DNA of 63,303 bases, filler included, from Olpidium bornovanus S191 (GCA_017911155.1; 35 parts of 35 records of this genome joined end to end with filler, not necessarily neighbours in it), one strand, 5' to 3'. Shown: positions 36,982-49,080, numbered from the whole stretch's first letter. Notes: generated by a model not told the origin, from the sequence alone. A program made the numbers and translations.

Positions 36982-39607
36982 GCATGACGTCTTGCCCTGA
37001 CCCGCTTTACCAGTAAGCGATGCCACTTTTGCGCAATGCGTGCACGGCAGCACCTACCTATGACATCTCTTGCCAAAAACGAAGGCGAGTCGTCCACGAA
37101 TTTGATATTGCTTCGAGGGAATGTGATGGCGTAAGACGTGTCACTGTTCTCCAATATCCCAATCTCATCCTATATACAAGCAAAAAACTGTCGGGAAAAA
37201 AGACATTGCTCTTACTCCATGTGGATGAACTCAACGGTAATTGGGACATCCGGTCGCGCCGCGGTCGCCTCGGCGTTCAGCACCACCAACAGGGATTGTG
37301 CATCAGCCGTCCGTTCCTCATGGCTTCAAACCGCAAGCGAATTGAGTTGATCAACAAAAAATTACCGCTCGCTGGAGAACTTCGTGCACCGCGTAGAAGA
37401 GGCGGAGGCGGCAGTCGCACGAAGAGAAAAAACCCAGGGTCCTCGCTCACCAAACCGTTCCTGTATTCGTCAAAATCACGATCCTGGACGCCTTGTCAAC
37501 CCCCGCGCGCAGAAGGTCTTTCCGGACCATAGGGTTGCCACGCACGAAGCTGACGCGACCAAACGCCTGCAGCCTGGACCACGTGTACTCGTCGGGTTCG
37601 GCAGGGCAGAGGATAACTACGCGCGGAGAGAGGCGGTTGGCAGCCGATGAGAAGCTGGCGCCGCCTTCGGCGGCCGGAAGGGAGACCTTGCGGAGCGGGA
37701 AGAGGAAGTAGGCCAGGGACTGCGGAAAGGTCGGCGACGTGTCGCAGATAAGGAAATGGCCGGAGAAGTCCTCCAGCGCGCCGAATTTGTCTGGCGGGAG
37801 CATCGGGCGGTGATTTGGCGGGAGCATCGTCGGCGGAGGTTTCCAAGCGCTTGCGCCGTCCCCGCAAGTCTCGCCTGATAAAGTATTGGTCCCCGCCGAG
37901 AAGGACGACAATCCATCTTGGAGATTTTTTCGGGACGAAAGGGAGGCTGTTTATTGTCACCTGCAGAACGAGCATGATCGGCGACAAGATAATGAACGAA
38001 CCAGTTCTCTGCGTGGCCAAACTTGTGCCCTTAGTGTCCTCAACCTTCGCGTCCAATTGGGACGCGTCGAAAGAGGGCGGTGCAATTTCCTTATCGTCGC
38101 GAGACTTCCCCTTTGAGGGAAAAGCGATCGTTGAGAATTCGGCTGACGACTTGGCATTCGCAAAAAGCACGGGCGATTCTGCTCTTGGGGTGATGGAAGT
38201 CGAGGTGGCTGCGGTTCCCTTGTCCATCGCCGATACTAGCGCCTCCAATTCGTACTCCCTACGCTCGTTATCCCTTATCTCCGTCAGCCACATTTCAATG
38301 CCGCCATCGTCCTCATCCTCCGAATTTGCACCAATCCTAGCCAGCCTACGCGCTGCCCGGATATCTGTGGCGATGACGTACACCGTTTCCTTGCCCTTGA
38401 TAATGTAGTCCGCGGGTGCCAAAACTGTCGCGGACGTGAAATTGTCATCCTCATCCATCTCTTCCACAAGTATCGCCAGCAATACGGCGTCACAGCGAAG
38501 GTAAATAAACTCGGCCGCCTCCATGAAGGTTAAGCCCCGGAACGACGGACCAAGTGTGCACGGGTAAATCTCCTCTGTTGCGCCTTGGATATATTTCCAT
38601 ATCCACGCCCGGTCCCGTTCTCGCTTCACGTTGGCGCACAGTTCGCGCCTGGTCTGTTCCGTGATGCTTGTTGTAAGGAGATAGACAAGCACAGCGAAGC
38701 CGGGCGCCAGAGCGTTTGAGGCGAGAATCCCTTAATGCAGGGGACGCGGAAATGAGAAAATGCCGCCAGCGAACGTCCCTTGCCTCGACCACTCTTACCC
38801 ATTTTTATCTCGTCCAAGCAGACGGTGTAATTTGCTTGGATACACCCAGTTGTGAGTTTACTGGCGCGGAGGATGGAGGTGACCGGTAACAAGTGTAGCA
38901 CATACCAATGCACTCTAAGTGAATCTTGTTTGCGGGCAGACACACTTGAACGAATAGCGGAATATCGCGGCTGAACTTCCTGATGGCCTGCACGCATGAG
39001 GCTCGAAGTTAACCTTCCGAGTCGAATCGGGAACCAAGCTCCCAAGTCGGCAGGAGATAAATTTTCACTCACCACCGCCCGCATCACAGTCTTTGCATCG
39101 GCGGTGTTCGTATCGCCGTCAGTGAAGCGGCTCGTCAATACAAAACACGCACGTGCAGACTTCGCCTTTGCCTTTTGTAGGCTGTGGAAGCTGATGCAGG
39201 TTCCCTTGATCGTGCGGCCGAAGTATTCAGGCCACACGCACACATACTCTGCAGGTGATCACAAAGACGATATCATGCGCTTACCTTGATATACTGCACG
39301 CGGTCCCAGTACAATGGATCCGCCAGCAGCAATCTGACATCTTCCGATGGCTCATAGGGACAAAGCAGGATGACCTTCCTAAGACCAGGAAGCGGCGTCC
39401 ATTGAGCCGAATCGGCGGTATACGTGGTAAATTTCTGGTATGCACTTTTCGCTCTGTATGCACCCACATCGAGACAGTAATTAGTCCATGGTCTGGCGAG
39501 AAGAATTCTTTCAAAAAACCCGACAGTGTTGTTGCGTCGAACGTGCCGCAAATGATGATGTGGTTCTCGTGGCCCTTGGGCTTGTACGAATGACCTGGTT
39601 TGACCGC
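36982..39607 (-). CDS. BK/Slo-type potassium channel, cytosolic RCK1-RCK2 region, multi-exon, partial
   Basis: HIIICGTFDATTLSGFLKEFFSPDH; SARACFVLTSRFTDGDTNTADAKTVMRA; VCLDEIKMG|ILASNALAPGFAVLVYLL; WIWKYIQGATEEIYPCTLGPSFRGLTFMEAA; RCK2 FSGHFLICD...VSFVRGNPMVRKDLLRAGVDKASRIVIL. These blocks are collinear with Slo1. Confidence 0.88.
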
Positions 39608-40043
39608 NNNNNNNNNNNNNNNNNNNNNNNNNNNNNNNNNNNNNNNNNNNNTTAATTAATTAANNNNNNNNNNNNNNNNNNNNNNNNNNNNNNNNNNNNN
39701 NNNNNNNCATGAAGCAACACCCAATGATTTAAAAGAATCATTCCAGATTACTCAATATTATTCGCATATCAGAGCTACAAAGCTGGTGATCTGGCCGGGT
39801 AAGAGAGGGGCGGCCGGCACCATAACCCAAGCCACGTACGAGCAGCAATAGGGGAATAGACAACGCTCCAGTACAGAACCGCTGCACGTTTGGGCACCTC
39901 CGTCGGCGACAGGCGATGAACTAGTTCCGTTCGGGGCGTCGGGGGATGGGGTCGTCCGTATAGGTACGTTCAGGGGTGCACTTGCGTTAGGGTACTACGA
40001 CGCCTACTGCATGGTTCGGGCGAGACACCGAGCGCCCTGTAGC

Positions 40044-40226
40044 TCACTGAAAAGCGCGAAAGGCAAGCAACAAAAAAAAACGTGCGAATTTAGCAAACAT
40101 GAGTCTCGACAGCCTAGTTTGCAGAACCAGCGGTGCCGCGCTCTTCCAAACCTTGGAGCGAGCGCGCATCTTTCTGCGCTTGCGCTTCAGGCGTCTCTGG
40201 CGCTTCTTCCTCCACTTGGCGCGCAT
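40044..40226 (-). CDS. RPL41: 60S ribosomal protein eL41 (25 aa), with an intron between the last codon and the stop
   Basis: 40226-40152 encodes MRAKWRKKRQRRLKRKRRKMRARSK. GT...CAG intron 40151-40047 (candidate branch point gctaa), TGA at 40046-40044. Putative 5'UTR intron 40378-40234 (gtaagc...ttag). Confidence 0.95.
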   Translation of the reverse strand: MRAKWRKKRQRRLKRKRRKMRARSKVWKSAAPLVLQTRLSRLMFAKFARFFLLLAFRAFQ

Positions 40227-41877
40227 TTTGTCCCTAAGGAAAGGCCGCGCAAGGAGCCCCAGAAGAGGGCCGGTCAGGAGAGCGCAGCGACGCCTGCAGG
40301 GGAGCCTTCAGAAAACCGTACACACTCCCAGCCGCGGCTGCGCCAGCATCTCCACCCCACAACACGAGCGCGGCTTACGCCGACAAGACGAAGTCCTTCG
40401 GAAAAAAAGGGAAGGATGGTGGTCGGCGGAGAGGAGATGAAGCGGGGAGGGGAGAGGAGAGGAGGAGTTGCCCCCCCCGCTTGTTTATTTACCTCTTGGT
40501 TCTCCGTGGAGAATTCCGCGTTGGAAAAGGAGAGCACGGGGCGGAGAGCCGCTCTTGCCTTTTTATATCTCCTTGCAGCCGTCACGTGACATTTGCAATC
40601 CTCACACAGACACTCCTCCCTCTCCCCATAATTCTGCACTGCACACACGACGGTGCCAGCGTTCTACTGTTGTCTGTTGCCTTCATTGGGGGGGGGGTGG
40701 GGTGGGGTGGGTGGAGCAAAGGGAAAATCTACTCGTTCGCACCAACGTCGAAATTTAAGAGACCCTGATCATTTGCCGGAATCCGCCGGACATCGCGGTC
40801 AGCGACAGGCAAACGGTAAGCCGCACGCTAAACGCAGTTGGTGGCCGCATACGGCATTGCCTCGTTAAAGCCGTTGTGGTGCCGAAAGGGGGGCTGGGAC
40901 ATCATGCGAACTTCACAATGTCACGTCATCGCGTCCGGCCATAATCCGGAGAGTTTCTCACGTGATCTGATGAAAATAAAAACGGCGGGTGTACGTTCTT
41001 CCTCACTGAATGCCAAGCGGCGGATTCCAGTTTGGTAGATCCGAAGGCAGCTCTCCCGATATGAGCACGCGGCACGACGCCTTGTAGAGGTTGCCACCGT
41101 CCGAACAAAGAAAAAACTGTGTTCGATCGAGACTTCACGCCAGCGGGTAACGGAAAGTCCAGTCGGAAGACCCACGTCCTTCACAAAAACCCGAGTTACA
41201 ACGTTAACACAGCTTTCAAGCGCCAGGAGGCGTATTTTTCCCCCACGTAGTCCCACTATCGAAGAACCTCCGACCACCGCGGCCGGCCGCTCCAACTGCG
41301 AAAGCGTCAAGCACCCCAACCAAAGCTGCAGCACCTTGATCACGAAAAACCCATGCCGCCTATGCGCATATCGCCGCGTGGGTGGCACCGTCGAATCAAA
41401 AACCGGTCGTCTCGAAGATCGCCGATCTTGGAGCCAACCTGTCAGCCAATCGTGATCGGATCAATTCAGGTCTAACCTTTTCGGAGAGGACTCGTTGAGC
41501 GGCTGTAGGATAAGCGAAGGTGGCGCCTTTTGTTTGAAGGCTACCATCTTCCTAGCTAAAATTATCGGCTATGGATACGCTGCCACCCTTAACTTCACAA
41601 AGCGAGGGGACACCTGCAGGGGTTGCCACGCATGACAGAGGGATTCCGCCGCTTCTCTGTTCCGAGCAGTCCCCTTCGCGAGCGGGCGATAGGCTTAGAT
41701 TACCACATACGCTAAGGTCCTATGCAGATGATCCCGCCAGGCACGCCGAGANNNNNNNNNNNNNNNNNNNNNNNNNNNNNNNNNNNNNNNNNNNNTTAAT
41801 TAATTAANNNNNNNNNNNNNNNNNNNNNNNNNNNNNNNNNNNNNNNNNNNNCTGGGACTCGCCGACCACGCCCGTCG

Positions 41878-42914
41878 CTACGGCGCGGCCGGCCGACCTT
41901 TTAGCGGCTCGGCGTTGGCTCCGGTTCCCGGCGTTGAGGGCGTCGAGCGGACGCTGCGAGGCTTAGTGCAATCGCGGGTGACATGCCCGGGTTCGCCGCA
42001 GTTGAAGCATGTGAGGTTTCCACCTCGCCCTTCGCGGCCGATCCGTGCGCGCTGCTGCTGACGGTTTTTCTCCTGATTGACGAGATAGCACAAAGCCTGG
42101 CGCAACTGATCCGTCTCCTGCGCCTGGTGCTGAACGCGCTGGGTCAACTGTTGGATCGGAAGAGTCATGCGAGCGAGAGCTTCTGAACAGCGTCCAGCGC
42201 AGCGTCCCCTGGCGCGGCCTTGTTATTCGTCGAAGGCACTTTGTCCTTGTCCTTCTCCTTCTGTGCTGGTTCGCGAACGCGGTGTCGGCGGGTTGTGGAT
42301 GCAATAGTTTTCTTAGGATGTTCGTTGTCTTCCGATTCCGTCGAGTCACGCTGCGAGTTCGTCTCTTCTGCCTCCGAGTCAGTTTCCGAGGAGGTCAATT
42401 CCGAGAAAGAGCTCCCATCGGACTCGGCCCTACGGCGACGGCTGTCCTGTTCCTGCGCTCGACGGGCGCGCCGCATGGTGTCGATGATGCGCTTTGACAC
42501 TGCGTACGTGTCGTCCAGGGTCTTCGGTTCGGCGTCCTCGACGCGCACACGGAGCTTCAGCGGCCGGAGTGCGCCGACAAAGACGTCCTTGGCAAACGGA
42601 GCATCCGGACGTTCCAGGGCCTTGCGAGCACGACGGCGGACGCAATCGTGGAGGCGATGCACGGTGTCGCCGGCTTTCCGTTCGATGTTGAGCAGACGCC
42701 GCAGGGGCGTCGAGTCCTGCTTTTTCTTACAAAAGCGTGCTTCCAAGTACTTCCACGCGAGAGGCAAGGTGGCTACCTTCCCTTCTTCCTTCGGGTATTT
42801 CCATTCCGTGGCCGCGTCCTTTTCGAGTACGCCGCGCAGGAAGGCCAAGATCTGCTTTTCCAGACGCAGAGTGCGCTCATCTGCCGGCGCAGGCTGTCCT
42901 CGCCACAGAGGCTC
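41878..42914 (-). mobile_element. Retrotransposon gag-like ORF with CCHC zinc knuckle, split by a frame change
   Basis: Capsid-like region (AKDVFVGALRPLKLRVRVEDAEPKTLDDTY) at 42165-42848 and CFNCGEPGHVTRDC in the -1 frame at 41878-42168. Confidence 0.75.
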
Positions 42915-43277
42915 NNNNNNNNNNNNNNNNNNNNNNNNNNNNNNNNNNNNNNNNNNNNTTAATTAATTAANNNNNNNNNNNNNNNNNNNNNNNNNNNNNN
43001 NNNNNNNNNNNNNNAAGGTGAGAGAGAGAGATAGAGAAAAGAACAGGCGTGCGCGAAGACATCAATGGGGCTAATTCAGACAAGGAAATAAATGTTGCGC
43101 TATGTACAAGGGTAAAAGTTAAGGCTCAAATCATGAAGGGAGACTTTGCAGCCAGACGACCTTGGCAGCGTGAAAAGGCTACGCGGAGCGAGGGGGGAGC
43201 CGGGGAAAAGGGGGGGGGGGAAGTGGGGTGACGGCGGTGGGAAGAGCGAGAAACTAACACCTCGTAAACGACCGACG

Positions 43278-45204
43278 TCATAACTGCCGACCACCGTCGC
43301 GAAGGAGGCGCGTCGTTTCGTTCTGCTCCTCGTCTGCGGGCGCGGTCGGCTTGCGGCGGTACAGGAAAAACTGCGTTAAGATCTATGTCGGCGGGAGGAA
43401 AAAAAAAAAAAAAAAAAAAGTGAACGGAACCAGGAGCGTTAGAAACGGAAGTCGACGAACGGGGTTATCCAGCAGGTTCCGTATCACAGCGTCACCGGCG
43501 AGACCACCGACAATTGACGCACAATGAAGTCAAAGACCAAGGTCCCGGCACTACCGGCCAGCCACGGCAGCGTCTCGGTAATGTACGTTTTCACGTTCTC
43601 GCTGCCGTTGAATTCTCCCGCGGAAATGGCAGGGAGCAATATAAGGATACTAAGCGTGTACGTGACGTTGCCCATCACGGCCATGGCGAACATGCTGAAG
43701 GACAGGCCTGAAAAAGCCCGTGAAGTTGCGCGGAAAAAGGGAAGAGAACATTTAATAAAAAAAATTCACGCCTGGACAGCTTTCTCTCCTGTGGTGGCAC
43801 GAAAGAGGCTTTTCAGAAAGGAACTGACGGTACACCACGTGGGGGTTTCCGCACCTTCGCACGTATTGCTCCGGAAGTTCTTCATCATCTGGGGAACGCG
43901 CGAGCCGACGTAGAGGGCGGCGCTTACCCACCCGAGTATTTGGGCGAGCGGGTCAACGTTGTTGCCGTCCGGGAGCGCGGCGGAACGCGGACCGGTCGCT
44001 GCGACGCTGGCGACAGCGTGGAAAAAGTTCCCGAGGTATGTGCCGCCGTCCTTTGCCTTGCCGCCGGCGGGCCCGAAGCCGGTCCTGACAAAGCCTAATA
44101 ATAGCAGGCAGCCGATAAAGAACCCGACGACTCCGTAGACAACCTCGTACGGCACGCAACGGCGCTTCGGCCGAGGTTCCTCGTTCGTCTGGGACACGGA
44201 GCGGCAGTTTAGATGGTGGCGGTGGTGGCGGTGGTGCTGCTGCTGCTGCTGGTGGTGTAGGACGCCCGGGCCCGAAAAGCTGACGTCCGCCTCGGCAGCC
44301 GCGGTTACCTGCACATCTGGCGGCGTGACGCAAACGCCGTCGTACCGCACTGGCGAATTTCTGTATTCGGCCGCGTGGTCGGAACATCTTGGGACCGGCA
44401 CTCGATATGAGTGACAACCGTCTTCAATAAGAACCTCTTCCCAGGCAGTTCTCTTGCACCGGCGATAGTAATATACTTGCACAATAAGGCCGATCTGCGG
44501 TCAGCGGTTGACATTATGAGTTCCTAGACAATCCGCGATCGGGCAAGAATCGGTTGTACCTACGTCAGCAAACGTGTAGTAGAGAGCCAGCCCGAGCATG
44601 GTGCGGAGGAGTCCTTGAAGTAGAACTCCGGCGACGTTAAATATATCACCGAGCAGCCAGATGACTGTTGAGTGATTTTGGCCAAGAGCGAACGGTTGGA
44701 TCAGGCTTTTTTATTCGGCGCGGATGGTTTTGTCTTTCTTTTTTGGCTCGCTGCGGGGGCCCGCAAGCCAGCTTTCCGAAATGCCCGATCTTGCCACCCT
44801 GGTAGGGTCCGCTACGGCGCGCGACCAAATGGTCTCACCAAGAAACGGCACTGAGAGAGACTCGCCGGACTTGCGATGGTAGTTTTTGAGGAGCTGCCTG
44901 GTATAAAGTAAGTCGGAGAAGCGGGTTGAATTGAAGGTCCGTGCCTTTATTTCTCTCACCGTCTCTCTCTCCCACGGGCCGTCGACAGACACGGCGGGGG
45001 GGCGGGGGGAGGGAACGGACAACAACAACACAAAAAAAAAAGAAAAACCTCACGGCGTGAACACGCATAGCCAGCAAAAAAAAAAGAAAAACCTCACGGC
45101 GTGAACACGCATAGCCAGCACGCGATCGAGCTGTATCCCGCGAGGAGGGAGGCGGTCTTGTACGGGTTCGAGGGCAGCGCGGCGACCAGGGCGGCGCGGA
45201 GCAT
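43278..45204 (-). CDS. PQ-loop vacuolar cationic amino-acid transporter (Ypq1/Rtc2/PQLC2 family), apparently complete
   Basis: ATG 45204; LAGYSSIACWLCVFTP|RQLLKNYHRKSGESLSVPFL|VIWLLGDIFNVAG...; second repeat LGWVSAALYVGSRVPQMMKNFRSNTCEG|LSFSMFAMAVMGNVTY...LPWLAGSAGTLVFDFI|ILTQFFLY; stop at 43278-43280. Confidence 0.92.
45032..45119. repeat. Perfect 44-bp tandem duplication spanning an exon end and splice donor
   Basis: aaaaaaaaaagaaaaacctcacggcgtgaacacgcatagccagc at 45032-45075 and 45076-45119. Confidence 0.92.
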
Positions 45205-45345
45205 TGCTGGAGTGCGTGTGTGTGCGTGTTATTTTTTTTTTTTTTTTTTTTTTTTCCCTGTGTCCAGTCGTTTGTGGCGGCGTCCCCGTGGGGCCGGACA
45301 CCCCGGCCGGGACACAGAGGGCGAGAGGGAGAACGAGAGGGACTA

Positions 45346-45406
45346 TGTTGCGCGGGGTGCAAACGGGTGGATGCGTTGTTGCGCGGGGTGCGAACGGGTG
45401 GATGCG
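45346..45406. repeat. 31-bp period tandem duplication
   Basis: tgttgcgcggggtgc(a/g)aacgggtggatgcg occurs twice with one mismatch. Confidence 0.9.
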
Positions 45407-45522
45407 GCGGCCGTGGGATGTAGACGCGTTTTTTTCGGGCGCCGAGGCGACGGCTACCGCTGTTGGGTTTGAAACTCTTTTTGCTCACCCCAGAGGCGTC
45501 TTTTTCGAAAAATAATCGTCCC

Positions 45523-45644
45523 TAGCGAGCAATTCCACCTTTCTCGGCAAAACCTCGAATTTTTGCTCATCTATTGAATAAATCAACCGTAGCGAGCAAT
45601 TCTACCTCTCGGCAAAACCTCGAATTTTTGCTCATCTATTGAAT
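45523..45644. repeat. Near-tandem ~56-bp duplication (period 67)
   Basis: tagcgagcaatt...ctcggcaaaacctcgaatttttgctcatctattgaat at 45523-45579 and 45590-45644. Confidence 0.9.
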
Positions 45645-46576
45645 TTTTGTTCATCTCTTCCGGAACAATTTCGATCGTTTTCGTGCATTCGAATGCATTT
45701 TTGGAAATATTTCTGGATGGTGTTTCAAACGCAACAGCGGTAGATTTTTGGGTATGCTCAGATTTGCTTCCGTTGCGTAGGTACGGCGAGGGAAGGAGGG
45801 GGAAGTGCGTTGAGGTAAGGGAGCCCGAGCGCTTTCTTCCTCGGCCGAAAACGGAAAAAAAACCAAAGGAAAAAAAAAAAAAAAAAAGAAACTTGCGATC
45901 GAAACTCGGGCGTGCCGAACCGCGCAAAATCCAGCGGCGTTTTCCTCTAGGCGCGCGCGGGCAGGGACTGTGTACACGCCGCGCCGGTGACCAGCGCGTA
46001 AAACCTCCAGGATGGTTATTGCTGATCTCGGCGGCGGGTGGGCCGTCCTCCGATCGAGCTCCCGGTTCTAATGTAAGTATTACGTACGTAAATATGTGGC
46101 ACTCGCAAAGGAAAAAAATAAGGGAAAGTCCAACTCGGAGGGGAGGACGGGTGGAAGGGAGGGGGGNNNNNNNNNNNNNNNNNNNNNNNNNNNNNNNNNN
46201 NNNNNNNNNNTTAATTAATTAANNNNNNNNNNNNNNNNNNNNNNNNNNNNNNNNNNNNNNNNNNNNCTGTCTGTCTCACTTTTCGTCTCTCTGCTCTCTC
46301 TCTCTCTCTTTCTCGCTCTCTCCATCTTTCCCTTTCCCCCTCTCTCTCCCTCTCTCTCGACCTGGGTCGGCTCTGCCTCTGCGCATGCGCCGAGTGCAGG
46401 CGAGACATGGGCCCTTTGCGGTGCCTCCGGGCGGAGTGGCCGTGCGGGGTTTCGTCTCTCTCTCTCTCTCTCTCTCTTTCTCCCCCTTCCCTGTCTGCGT
46501 GTGTCTCGCCCCGCCCGCGCCACCCACACCCCACGCCCGCCAGCCGCCACACCCCCGCCGTAGCTTCACGCCCGCC

Positions 46577-47581
46577 ATGCCCGACGACGACGGGCCAAGG
46601 AATTCCGCCCGCGCCGCCGACGGGGACCAGTGGGAGGTGAGAGAACGAGAAGAAAAAAAAAAAGAAGAAGAAGAAGAAGAAGAAGAAGAAGAAGAAGAAG
46701 AAGAAAAAAAAAAACCGACGAAAAGCGGCGTCGCTCTGTGCCGGGCTTCCCTTTTCTTGCGGCGCCACGCGGCGCTCGTCCGTTCTCTCCGCACCTGACA
46801 CCGCGACGGCTCCGTCTTTCCCCGGCCCCGCTTTTCCTTCTTCAAAACTCTGCCCGGGGCGTTTTTGCCCTTCTTCCAGCGCCCCCGACCCGGCGAAGCC
46901 GACAACGAGGACGAGGTCGTCCCGAGCGCCGAGCTCCACTTCGAGCCCGTCGTCAAGCTCGCGGAAGTCGAGGTGAGGACCAACGAGGAGGACGAGGACG
47001 TGCTGTTCAAGAAGTGAGTCTGCGCGATCCGGCGGTGGCCGGGGAGAGGAGGGGAGGGCTTAAAGTCAAACAGGAACGGGGGCAACAGGCGTGCCGGGGG
47101 AAGGGGGGGTGGGGTTGGGGAGGCCGTCATCATAAACTAGGCCTCCGCATCCCTCCCGCTTGTCTTCCCCACACACACCTCGACCGAAGACAGCTCGCGG
47201 AAACATCATCAGCGCCGCTTTGAAGTTGAACAGACCGCAGGGGGTGGAGGGAGTGGGAATGAGGAGGGAGACCTCACCGCAGAAAGAAAAAAAATGAAAA
47301 GCTGGCGATAACCCAGTTTGCTGCAGACCGCGAACGTTTCTCGCCAATACCGCGTCCTCCGTCCCCCGCCACCGTCTTTCCTTGTTGCCCGCACGCGCGC
47401 GGCAAATCCTTCCCTCCACCTTCCCCCAGGCGCGCTAAGCTGTTTAGGTTCGACAGCGAGGCCGCGGAATGGAAAGAGCGCGGCACGGGCGAAGTCCGCT
47501 TCCTGCAGCACAAGGACTTGGGAAAAATCCGCCTCGTCATGCGCAGAGACAAAACCCTCAAAGTTTGCGCGAACCACAACC
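46577..47581 (+). CDS. YRB1: Ran-binding protein 1 (Yrb1/RanBP1), 3'-partial
   Basis: Exons ~46577-46636, 46879-47013 and 47430-47581: [27 protein letters not shown]|[49 protein letters not shown]. Confidence 0.95.
46663..46703. repeat. (GAA)n microsatellite in YRB1 intron 1
   Basis: Uninterrupted gaa triplets flanked by A runs. Confidence 0.9.
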
Positions 47582-48589
47582 GTACGTTTTTGTTTGCCGC
47601 CCCCTTCCCTCCCCAGGAAACGCCCTTTCGCTGGTTTTTTGGGCCAGTTCGCCCCCCNNNNNNNNNNNNNNNNNNNNNNNNNNNNNNNNNNNNNNNNNNN
47701 NTTAATTAATTAANNNNNNNNNNNNNNNNNNNNNNNNNNNNNNNNNNNNNNNNNNNNCATGACAAGTGGAATTTGCGATGTTGCCGGGAAAGTACTTTCG
47801 TGGAAATATTCTCCGTCTCCATTGTCTGAGCAGATGAACCGATAAATTGCCCCGGGAGCCTCTCTCATCGGAACTCCCGGACAAACCCCTTCTCTCGCCT
47901 CCTTCAATCCCCGCCCCGCAACGGAAACCTAAAAGCAACCGCGCGTTCTCGCCTTCCATCAATCGAAGCCGACGACGCCGACCACCACCCCCTTTTCGCC
48001 CGTTCACATTGTTGAGGCCGAACCCCTGTGTCCAACGGAACACAAAGCGCGCCGAAGCAAGCCATCACCGGTTGGCCAATTGCAGCAAACTTAGCCCTAA
48101 CCCTAATCATGACCCTCCCATCTTTTGCGACAGCGCATGGACCTTACGCATTTATCAATGCTTTTGAATTTATTCATATGGCCTTCATACAAAATTATAT
48201 CCCAAACCGCATGTGGGACCAATTCTCCTTAGATTTTTTGAAGGAATACGGCAACCGAACGCGACTCATGCTTAAGAGTAACACTCATTTACGCACAGTA
48301 GCAGAACATATTCCAACAGGCCCTTTTACCGAAAGTCCTTTTTTCTTTCGCCTTAATTCCAAATACTTGGCTGGTTGACCTTTCCCGCAGTAAATTTCTT
48401 TCTCGCGGTTCCCACATTCCCGACTTCCCTGCGATCCTACCATTTTGAGCGGCGTTATCAGAGCATTCCGATCATCGTCAACGTGGGCTCTCTGCACACA
48501 AGTTCTATTAGCCCGCGTACGCTCCCGGCGCGCGTGCGCAACAAACTGCACGGCGGAGGCCCTCGATGTCTGAAGAGCCCGAAAAGTTT

Positions 48590-49080
48590 TCAGGTTGTCG
48601 TCGTCGCGCCGGGCAAAGAAACTTTGCTTGCTACGATGCAGAAATTCCTGGGACTGACGATCCGGTCGAACGGGGTGAGGAGAGTGACCGAGACGGCTGC
48701 GGCGGCGTCGGACTCGGACTCGGACTCGGACTCGACGCTCCGGCGCGGCGGTGCCTGCTCCATCAAGTAAAGACACCGGTCCACGACGATGAGGGACTCG
48801 ATGACGGGGCCGATCAGCGCCCGGAGCGTCCAGATCACCGCCACTTCGAGCCGCCGGGGGGACAGCTTCCGTTCGTACTCGGCGATGCTGTCCGGGGCCA
48901 CGAGGGGCGTTCGGGCGGCCTCGGGCGAGCTTGGGACCGAAATCCTGCGGAGAGCGGCGCCCACGTACGTCTCGAAGTCCTTGAAAACGTGCGGCCGCAG
49001 CCGACCGACGTGGAGGGGCGCGACGTCTGTCGGCTTTGGGAGGTGCGCTTCGTTTAAAACGATGTACTTGGGAATCCATG
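48590..49080 (-). CDS. METTL25/RRNAD1-like methyltransferase, C-terminal fragment
   Basis: LHVGRLRPHVFKDFETYVGAALRRI...IWTLRALIGPVIESLIVVDRCLYLMEQ...LLTPFDRIVSPRNFCIVASK matches the family C-terminal motifs (VETLILLDR.LYL.E; FDP..SPRN). Confidence 0.8.

Noticed and set aside
40921-41388. SCLRIYQTGIRRLAF as a deaminase-like motif
   Set aside because: The required HxE and PCxxC zinc ligands are absent.
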